Origin: Azolla caroliniana
Taxonomy: Eukaryota; Plantae; Polypodiophyta
Length of the DNA: 64,000 bases
NCBI GenBank assembly: GCA_043228905.1
Contig: JBHGNT010000012.1
Span: 8,308,001-8,372,000 of the forward strand
Direction of reading: 5' to 3'
The notes under the pieces are model-generated. The model searched no databases. It worked only from the letters and a program-made list of their open reading frames with translations, and was not told the origin of the DNA. The first letter of the stretch is position 1; each line of letters begins with the position of its first letter. Positions 53,859 to 64,000 of the stretch are shown here, piece after piece. Both the position numbers and the translations under genes were made by a program.

Positions 53859-54024
53859 TATTTTTTGTGCCGGTGCCCATACATTCAAATGGTTAAAGGT
53901 TTAACATATAGACTAAGAGGTCATGGGTTCCAATCCTTGTAAGGACAAAATGTATGTCTTCATGACAGATGTAGTATGTATCACATATTAATAGACCCAC
54001 TAATTTCTAATTTTCTAAATTTTA

Positions 54025-56277
54025 TTGATTTGTAGAACACAAAGACTTAAGAAAATGCCCCCCATTGGGAACAAATATTGGGATATCTATTGTCTCAATG
54101 TCACAAGAAGTCAGATAGGAAATAGAAGTTGTAATTGTAAATTTTGCAACAAACATATGCATGGGTTAGCAACACAAATGATTGCTCATTTAATAAAAAA
54201 ACCCAGCGATGGAGTAATGAAATGTATCAATGTCCCCAAGGAAATGTTGATTGACCTTACAACTTTGTATGGTAATTTTGGAAGTCGAGCATTTGGCGAA
54301 GAAGAATATATAGTAGCAGAGATCAACTCATTCGACGTGCCTGAACAAGGTATAGACACGAGCCTACAATAGGTGTCTTGATTACTAATGTTTAAATAAT
54401 TGTAAATGATTTATCTTGATTTTTTTTCTCTTTTAGGTGTTTCTACCTCACGCTCATCTACCTTTGTTGGTGAAAGTCAAAGCATGTCATGTATGGGTGG
54501 TGGTAATCGCCAACCATATCCACTAGCAATTGTAGCGAAACAATAACCATTCCGTAAAGGAAATGTGTTACAAATGCAAAGGAAACAACATGAAAATGTT
54601 ACGTGAGGACGGAAGGCTTGAAAACTACGGTTATATCCTTGCAAGCAAAGTTAGAAAGGGTAAGAGGATTATGGCCCAAGTATGGTTGTTCTATACTAAC
54701 AGATGGATGGGTTGATGTTTCTCATAGGAAACTTGTAAATGTCCTCGTATCATCTAGTTATGGGACAATGTTCCTCAAGTCCATTGATTGTAGCCATGCT
54801 AATACATCACCAACAGTTGATAGCTCTTGGTTTAGCTGAAAGAATTTCAGAGGCAATTAGAGAAGTTGGTAAAGAAAATGTGGTCCAAGTCATTTCAGAC
54901 AATGCATCTGGTTGTGTCCATATGGATCTGCTTTTGGATGACATTGGTCAGTTGCCTTGGATGAAAAGTATTATGATGAAAGCGAATAATATCGTACGTT
55001 TTTTTTTTGCAAGAAGAGGAACGCTAGGAAAAACAATCTGCTCACAATAACCTCGCCATCTTGAGACCTGCCAATACAAGGTTTGGTGTGATGTACCTTG
55101 TCATACAACATTTGCTCAAAGTTTGGCATCCTCTTGAGAAAACGGTGGTGAGTGACATGTGGAGGTCTTGGTTAGATTGCAATAAGCTAGATGCAATGAA
55201 TGTAAAGAACTACATCCTTGATCCTACTACTGAGTCCTCGTTTCAAGTTGTTTTGACCCTAATGACACCATTGTATAGTGTTTTACGACTTACTGATAGG
55301 GAGGGATCCACTATTGGTTTGTTATATGAGTTTATGTGAAGAAGAAAAGATGTTTTAGCAAAAGGAGTGGAAGAAAACATTCCCCACAAAATCCAAGTAA
55401 GTTTCATATTTATTTTAATTTGTTATGGTTTCCTAAAATAAAACCTTCAAATCTTTGCTCATGTTTTAAGATTAGTTCATTTTGTAAAACCCTTTTAGGT
55501 ATGAAGATGTTTTGAAGTTATTTGATATACGATGGAAATGGTTCAAGAGGCCAATCCACCGTGTAGTTCATTTGTAGCATCTTATGTGGAGAGAGGAGGC
55601 TACATTTATTAACCCTGAGTTAATGGATGCATGGATGAGCTATACAGAAAAATTGTACTCGACACTTGAAAATGATATCTTATTTCATGAATTTCATGAA
55701 TATCGGAATGGTACAGGGACATTTACCTATCCATTAGCACATGACGAGAACTTAAGGCTAGTTCGCAAGTTTGAGACTGTGAATGCATCTCCAATGCAAG
55801 TATTGTTTTATTCATTCTTTTTATAATTTATATTCCACAAATTTCTTAAGTACTAGTAACTAGTTACTACCATGGACACACTAGTTTGTGATACTTAGAG
55901 GTTAATGCTTTTATAAATTTGTTTGTAGGTGAATCCAAATGAGATAAATGTCTCTAAGACTCCTGATATTCCATCTATTAGCCATGCCAATGATATGGAT
56001 AGAGAATTTTATGGAACTTATTTTCAAGAAACAATGAATATGAGAAGAAGGACAAGGAACATGACAAGATCACATACGACAACATCAAGCGATGGAGTCC
56101 CTACTAATCAAATACGGAGGTAGAGGCCAAGAAGAGATGATGAGCAGTCTTCTTGTAATAGGAGAAATACACGATCAAGTACATTTGCTTTTTTACCACT
56201 AGATGATCAAGATAATATCAATGCAATAGAAGAAGCAGTTCATACTAATTATGATGATCTTATTGATGAAGAACTTG
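54025..56277 (+). pseudogene. hAT (DUF659-type) transposase pseudogene with introns
   Basis: BED finger CKFC...IAHL, GCSILTDGW, FLKSID, VVQVISDNAS, RPANTRFG and LYSVLRLTD. Frameshifts and stops. The 3' end is cut by the LTR at 56278. Confidence 0.88.
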
Positions 56278-59200
56278 TGTTGATGTCATCAATGTGCGGA
56301 AATAGTGCGCAGCCACTACTGAGTCTTAAACTCACAATGGAAGAAAACAGAAAATAGGAATAAGACGATTAGTGCACTTACACAGAATGAGACAACACCA
56401 GATGTTTACGTGGAAAAAGCCTAATCATGAAAAAACCATGGGAGCCCATGGACTCCAACTATCTCTATGAGAAGAGGATACAATGCGAGACTCATAGGCA
56501 ACGACCTCGAGCTCTATGTCTTCACCAACTGGCGGTTACAACAGAAGAGCTTTCTGTATCTCACACTCTCTCACTCACGCTCTCCTTGTGTCTTTACAAC
56601 AATATCTCTACACACATCATCATACTTATTAGAGACATGAACTAATGTAAGCATAAAATAAGGATAAAAGATAGATCTAGATAGAAAGGAGAGAGAGAAA
56701 GAAGGGTGCCGATCCACCCGACCACCCCTGAGCGAAGGGATCGAGACAGACTCGAGCCTCGATCGGCGTCCCATACCACCGCCGTGACGTCGAATCGTAC
56801 CTGGTGCTAGCACACTCGCTACAAGAGTTGATCCACCACAAAACAAAGTCTCGACGTAGTCAACAAGATGATGAAATGAGGGTAGCTAAGCCTCTTATTT
56901 ATAGCAATACCCAAGGCCCCTAGGCAAGTTCACACTTGGCCTAATGGGTTGTCTCAATCCCGAGGATTAAAAGTAATCCTCCCCTTCTTTACACTCTCGT
57001 TTAACCCTCACACTTATCTACGTGTATAGAATACTATGGTAAATTCTCACCACGGGATATTATATGGTCATGCTCGTAACATACTCCCCCTCTTTAAAAC
57101 ATTGCACTCTTGCAATGGAAAGTTAGGGAAGTTAGTTCTGAGAGAATTTTCGCGTTCCCATGTGGCATCTTTTATTGATTTATCCATCCATTTTATTTTA
57201 AATTCTCAGATTTCTTTAGTATGTAATTTTTTTGTTTTAACATCGAGAATTCTTTCTGGTACATGTGGTTTAGAAGATAGTTCTTCGGAAGTAACCAGAG
57301 TTTCAGTTCTAACTGTATTGTCGCCAGAACCTAGAAGTTCTTGTAGATGACTCACATGAAAAACTGGATGAATTTCAACACCCTCGGGAAGAGCGAGATG
57401 ATAGGCTGAAGACCCAATGCGTTTGAGGACTGTAAAAGGTCCACAAAACCGTGGGGCTAACTTAGCGCACTTACCCTTAGACAATGTCTTAGAATTGTGA
57501 GGTACATGTAAAAATACCTTCTGTCCAGGGTTGAATACACGAGGTTGCCTATGATGATCGGCATAAAAACGCGATCTATCTTGAGCTATTTTTATATTAT
57601 CTCATGCAATATGCAACATATCTTGCATATCCCAAAGAAAGTTTTGTGTACTTCGCAACTCATCATGATGTATATTAACATCAATCGGGGCTCGTGGCTG
57701 AAAACCATACATCAACATAAAAGGACTATATCCATGGATATACTTTCCCACTTATTATTGGGAATGTCCAAGGGATGTAAAAGTCTTGCGGCTTTAAGTC
57801 ACTCGGCTTTGTTAACCTAACATTGGTGACATTTAGTCACATAGCTATGTATGTCAAGGCGCATCTTAGGCCAATAGAATTGAGTGGAGATGAGAACGAG
57901 TGTACGATGTATGCCAGGGTGCCCTGCTGAGGGTACACAAACCTTCCCATTACGGTAGAGTAGCCGTTATCAATGTGGAAGTATTCCTTCGAGGATGTGG
58001 TGGTGTCTGTTCCAGAATCAACTCTTGCTCAATATTTTGCAAAATAACTATCATCAGGATACTTTCCTCGAAGGTGATCATAAAGATCTGATGTTATTTC
58101 AGTGAAGTTAAGCATGTTAACTTCACGGATGCGACTTAGTGCATCAGTGACAATGTTCATGGAACCTTTATGATATAGTATGGAAAAATCAAAGTCCTGG
58201 ATGAGATCAACCCATTGTGTCTTATGACCTTTCATGTCTTGTTGGTCACAAAAATATTTCAAGGACTCGTGGTCCGTAGTTACCACAAAGTGATTTCCAT
58301 AAGGATAATGGCGCCATGTTTTGAGCGCATGTATAACTACAAATAACTCCTTTTCTTGAACGGTATACCGACATTGAGCAGAATCAAGTTTCTTACTCTC
58401 GAATACTATTGGTTTACCATCTTGATATAAGACAACACCTATAGCATAATCGCTTGCATCGGTTTCAACCTCAAAAGGTTTTGAGGGATTAGGTAAAAGA
58501 AGTGGAGGCGGCTTGCACACCAGGTCCTTGAGTTCCTTAAAGGCGAGGTCTGGTGTAGCATTCTAGACAATAGGTTTTCTAGACTTCCGCGTTTGACCTT
58601 TTAGAAGATCAGTAAACAGCGTTGTCAATTGGGAGTAATTACGGAGGGATTTTCACAAAAACCCGACAAAACCAAGGAATGATCGAACTTCTTGAATATT
58701 CCGAAGAGTGGGCCAAAGCTTGATTTTCTCGATGCGAGAAGGATCAATTTCAACTCCTCGTTCGGTTATGAGATGTCCAAGATAAGTAATTGATTCCTTG
58801 AAGAACACAAAATTTGAAATCTTCGCATAAAACTGTTTGTCACGCAATGTTTGTAAAACAAAGCGGACATGTTTAGCATGTTCTTGTAATGTACGGCTAT
58901 AAACTAAAATATCATCCAAGAAAATAACGACAAATTTTCCAAGTTGTTCTTGGAAAATGTCATTCATTTCTTGTTGAAATGTAGTTGGAGCATTGGTCAA
59001 ACAAAAAGGCATAACCAAAAACTCATAATGGTCATAGCGCGTACGAAATGCCGTTTTAGGAACATCATCCTCACTTATACGAATTTGATGGTAACCAGTA
59101 CGGAGATCAAGTTTCGAAAAATATCGAGCTCCCTTGAGACGGAAATTAGATCGTTAGCTCGGGGCAATGGATACGAATTCTTGATCGTCACTTTATTCAA

Positions 59201-62200
59201 GCGTCGGTAATTAATACACATACGCCATGTACCCTCTTTCTTTTTAACCGAGAGAATTGGTGCACCCCATGGAGATGTACTATAACGTATATAACCCATT
59301 CGTAAATATTCCTTGAGTTGCTTAGATACGTCATCCTCTTCGGATCGACTTAAGCGATAAGGAGGTATACTTATTAGTGCAACGCCAAGTACAATATCTA
59401 TATGATGGTCTATATTACGTTTAGGAGGTAACCCATCTGGTAGTTCACTCGGAAAAACATCACGAAAATCATTTAAGATTTCATCAAGGTGTTGTTGCTC
59501 AAGATATATTAATTGAACTGAGACATTATCGATATTGTAAACGTGAATGTCCGGATCAAGTACACAATAAAATAGAGTAGAACAAGACAACTTGGATATT
59601 GATGGAGCGGAAACAATCGAAAGAGATTGTTTTTTAACACGTTGAATAAAATAAGTACAATCGTTCAGTATAAATGTTATTGAATGATGAGCCCAATCAA
59701 TAGATAAAGAAGAGTTTTTATTATAAAACCAGGGATAACCTAGTATTACATCAGTGGTACAAAGATTCATTACATGGAAGTCTACTTACTCTATATAAGT
59801 ATCAATAGAAATTCCTAATGAATGAATCACCCGTATAGGTGTGATCACTTATGGTGGGTTGGATTCCCCATATTTGAACCAAACGATCATTCACAAAGTT
59901 GTGTGAGCTTCCCGAATCAAACAAAAATTGTATGAGAGATCCATTGATATACTTGTTTGCACGTAGTAAATCATTGGGACCCAATACATAGTGAGGGAAA
60001 GAACATTGACAATTACTTAAATGATGTGTACAGACCTGAAGGACATTAGGAATCTGAACTTTATGGTTTGCAACTTTAGCTTTACTATCGTGCTCTTTCC
60101 ATTGGAGTTTTCGACATTGCTCTTTTGTATGACCCTTCTTTTTGCAGAATACGCAAAAAGGATGTTGTCGCTTACAATCGCAATCCATGAATTCGTTGGG
60201 TGTCTTGCGTTTCCAAGCGAATTGCGACTGTTTAGTCCCGGGCACTTCGTTGGGTTTTTTGTGGTCCTTCGAAGTGCGTTGATAGCGAAGAACTATTTCA
60301 ATGGCCTCTTCGAAGGATTTCGGATCCTTATCGTGCACTATCCAGTGATAGTCCGAATTGGGGATGCCATTGACAAAACAAGCTATTAACCAATTGTCCC
60401 CTTCTAGACCCGATTTTTGGATTTGGGTTCTAGCATGCTGGACACAGTCTTCTAGCGAAGAAAATTTCCTGCTAGAGAGGTTCATTAAAGCTTGAGCTGC
60501 CTCGGTTCGAGAGGGAGGTTGTAGAAATTGGCCCTTGAAAACTGTGACAAATTTTGTCCAGGTATCGAGCAACTTCCCCAATGTTCAGAGCCCACGCCAC
60601 CAAGCGGGGGCCTTACCCCCTAGTTCTCAGCCGACATATGCAATCTTCGTACTATTTGGCGTGGGATAGAGCTCAAAATGAGACTCCCATTGGCCCAACC
60701 ACGTGCAGATTGCTTCTTCGGTTCTTTCCTTTTTTTCTCCCGTAAATGGCTTAATGACAAATGATGGTTCACCCTGTTGCTCATCAGGTCTATTAGTCTC
60801 ACATTGTAAACTAATGACACGTGCCTCGAGAGCACTTTGAGATTGCCGAAGTTCGGTCATCTGTTGAGTGGTGAAACTAAGGTATTGGGTTATTTGCGAA
60901 AAATACATCTCAATGGACATTTGTCCAGGAGGATTTTCTTGAGTTCCTTCCACTTGAGCGGATGACATCAGGTTGCTATTTTGAGCCATTAAATGATTAT
61001 TTCTAGCAAAGAAATAGGATAAGGTCAGACAAATAGTCATAACATCATGTCGTGATGTAAACATATATGGGCAAACATTAATTGAAGTGCACTTAAACCT
61101 CGAGTCTAAACATGTGTTATAGTTATTTGTATTAACAATGTTGTATGGTCTTGGTTATATTTGAACTCAAGACCTCGAGACCTCAAGAACAAATGCATTA
61201 AAAACTTGAGGGAACCAATTAGGTTTCTCTTTTTGAATGTTTCATGTTTCATGTGTATCAGAGATATGCAAGGCATTTCCCCATATATGTTTTTCCAAAA
61301 GAAACATATATGTCAAGAGTTCTGATTTCCCCCTAGTTTACCACAAACTTTGTTGGTACGTTACCTAACCTCAAGTCTCGTAATTACGATGGCATCCAAA
61401 ATGCAACCTAATGGTCAAGCCAAATGAGCCCTCTTTTCGTAGTAGGCCCACGTGGCCCATCACATGGTTACGTCATTACGAATGCCTTTCATAAAAATGA
61501 TCTCATGGTGGCATCATATCCATGTAATGAGGGAGGGATGTTGGATATGTGTGTCATAAGAGCGACCTCACATGAAGTGGGTTAAGCCCTACGTACTCAA
61601 CACCATTGTGGCTATAATTGTTTCATTACGTAACAAAATATCGAAGTGACCAACATGGATGTCAACAAAGAATTGTTGAAAAAGGGATGGTGAAAACACC
61701 ATTCTCACAAAATTGTGAGGACGACCACCAAGATCCTTTCCCCGAAAAGGAAAACATTCGATATTAAAATCATGTAATAACTTATATACACATATGTATA
61801 TTATCACATGTATACGATCTAATACGTATACACGTGACCACATATGCGTATATTAAACAAATTGTTACGTCAAATAGCCATAAATGATATAATCGAGATA
61901 CGTAATCGAGGCATATACCTCTATGCAAATGAAACATCCAAAAATAAGGGTTCATCGTAATACGCAATTGAGGTATTGACCTCTTACGCATACGAGACCA
62001 AACACATATCATTTACAACAAAATCGAGGTATTGACCTCATACGCATACGTAACATATGTATGTGAGCGTAATACGCAATTGAGGTATTAACCTCGTATG
62101 CATACGACACTAATCACAAATTATTTATATGTCAAATGAGGTATTGACCGCGTGCACATATGTAAACGTTTTATATAACCAATTAATTACCACTACAACA

Positions 62201-63115
62201 TCATTGAATCTATATAAAAAGAATTACATATTAACCATACACATGATTAAATTGGGAGAAGAAAGAATAGAAGAAAACAAGAAAGATTACCGAATTTCCT
62301 TTGTTGATTGTTGTCTGGATCAAGGCCTACCGCACATCGATCGATCACCATCAATCAACAAGACAAAAGACAACAAAAGGAACATTAGAACATAAGCTCT
62401 GATACCAACTATCTTATGCACGTGTATAGAATACTACGGTAAATTCTCACCACAGGATATTATATGGTCATGCCCATAACAATACTAATTGCCCTAACTC
62501 ATATTTATACTTATATGACTTTAGGACTATTTACAAATATGGTCATCACAGACACAATATATATTTACAAATGTGTCCTTGGATCTGGTTCACACCAGAT
62601 CTATCGGGTTCGGTTCCTTTCTTCGGCATTGTTCGATACGGTTCCTCCGATTCTCATCCGAATCCCATCTGGAGGGACCCAATTCCCAACAAGCTCCCCC
62701 TTCACTTCGGCATGGGATGTCTTGTCATTCCGATCCGTCTCCAGCACACATCCAGCTTGTCTACTGAAAACACCTTGGTCAGCATGTTTGATTGGTTCTC
62801 GTCCGTATGGATCTTCATTAGGACGAACACTTTATCTTATACCTTCTCCCGGAGCCAATGATACCTCCTATGGATGTGCTTCGTCCAGAAGTAGTAGGCC
62901 GTGTTCTTTGTGAGGTGGATGGCACTTTGACTATCGTAGTGGAGCCGGATTTCCTCCTGCTAGATCCCTAGCTCTCCAATGAATTCCTTCATCCAGATTA
63001 CCTCTTTACCGGTTTCTACAACCACCATGTAGTCCGCTTCCATTGTCGATAGTGCAACGGATTTCTGCAACCTCAACTGTCACGATACAACTCCCCTTGC
63101 ATAAGTCATGACATA
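56278..63115 (-). mobile_element. Tnt1/Tork-like Copia 3' end: RNase H 62702-63110, PPT 62692-62704, 3' LTR 62691..62487 plus 56626..56278 (split by Gypsy)
   Basis: Minus frame VS*QLRLQKSVALSTMEADY...DSQSAIHL.KN..Y..TKHI.RRYHWLRE...NMLTK. The LTR has TGTTG/CAACA ends and rejoins cleanly at the ATACT TSD. Confidence 0.85.
56627..62481 (-). mobile_element. Ty3/Gypsy chromovirus, tRNA-iMet primed, degenerate, with unequal LTRs
   Basis: TSD ATACT at 56622-56626 and 62482-62486, PBS tggtatcagagc at ~62396-62407, PPT 57082-57093. Gag with CVFCKKKGHTKEQC, LFDSGSSHNF, FLDD, ETDASDYAIG, partial integrase, GPF and chromodomain (PERILD..KW..ATWE). Confidence 0.92.
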
Positions 63116-63911
63116 TGTTGAGAGACAAGCTCAACATTGGGTGCGTAACCCAGTGCGTAGATTGGGTGCGTAAAACCGTGCGCACAATATGGCCGTAGCG
63201 GTGAGTAAACAGAGAGGCCATTAGAATGTTATTCCTCGTAGGATGCTCATTTATGAGCGGTCAAGTACTATAAGTACTTGTGTCAGCCCAATAGTTAGGG
63301 CTTGTATAAAAGGTGCTCACTGAGCACGAAGTAGATATAGAGAATTATTTTTTAATATAATTTTGTTTTTTGCTCTCTCTCTCTGTCTCTGTCTCTGTCT
63401 CTGTCTCTGTCTCTCCCTCTCTTTTTCTGTGATTTCTGCGTGCTTACCGAACTGTCATACTTCTGAATCGTGTACTCTATATCTTTCTCATACACTTCCG
63501 CACACGTATTCTTTTACATGGTATCAGAGCGCGAGGGTTGAGACTCCTCTGCAGACGACAAAAAAGTTTGCGATAAAGACAGAGTTAAGTCATTGTTTTC
63601 AGAAAGGATAAGTCAACAATATGGACAGAGGAATGGGAAGCTCGCTGCCGACTAGGAAACTCGACAGGAGCAACTACGCATCTTGGTCGTACAATATGCA
63701 CCAATATCTGCTTGGTCCTGGTTATTGGAGTTATGTCGAAGGAGCTAATGATAGAACACCCAAATCGACACACAGAGATTTTTCGGCTTGGGAACAAGCG
63801 GCAAACAGAGTTCTTTACTACTTCGCGTTGTATGTGAGCGACGAGCTCTTGACCTACATTCGGGATGCTAAGACACCAAAGGACGCGTGGGTGAATCTCA
63901 AGGGAATTTTC
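63116..63911 (+). mobile_element. Copia 5' end: LTR 63116-63518, PBS 63519-63530, gag from 63621
   Basis: TG...CA LTR, perfect tggtatcagagc PBS and gag MDRGMGSSLPTRKLDRSNYASW. Inserted in the Tork RT/RNase H region. Confidence 0.92.
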
Positions 63912-64000
63912 TGTTAGGAAACAGGTCCCGGTGAGAATCGGTGAGAATCGGATAAGGAGTACCCGACTACAAAAGACCCCGTGAGCACGAGGTCGTTGCC
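63912..64000. mobile_element. Probable start of another LTR inserted in the Copia gag (runs off window)
   Basis: Gag homology stops abruptly at TGTTAG, followed by short repeats (cggtgagaat x2). Confidence 0.5.

Noticed and set aside
54025-56277. Domesticated hAT (SLEEPER-like) host gene
   Set aside because: Frameshifts, stops, internal deletions and an LTR insertion indicate a pseudogene.

Overview
Eukaryotic land-plant nuclear DNA. The type-B BZR gene and Tcn1/Tf1-like chromoviruses suggest a seed-free plant such as a fern, but this is inference. The first ~14.5 kb holds two convergent host genes. One is the 3' part of an Integrator subunit 7 (INTS7/DSP1-like) gene on + (four exons visible). 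The other is a two-exon BES1/BZR1-family transcription factor on -, with a probable multi-uORF leader. LINE relics and a hAT MITE lie between them. The remaining ~50 kb is a deeply nested transposon field, much of which can be reconstructed from target-site duplications (TSDs): a full-length L1 LINE interrupted by a near-intact chromovirus, a 5'-truncated RTE-like LINE, several Copia elements, a second tRNA-Met-primed chromovirus, a non-autonomous LTR element with 48-bp repeats, a solo LTR, and hAT and probable Harbinger transposase relics. No CRISPR array, rRNA or intact tRNA gene is supported. The strongest mechanistic signals are in the 31233-37024 chromovirus: a Tf1-type self-priming primer-binding site (PBS), a -1 frameshift slippery site plus pseudoknot inactivated by one C>T change, and an antisense tRNA-like A/B-box module at the LTR tip that recurs in two other LTR families. 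Both LINEs sit in (GA)n tracts, and the L1 appears to start with a tRNA-like head. All family assignments come from motif recognition; no database search was run.
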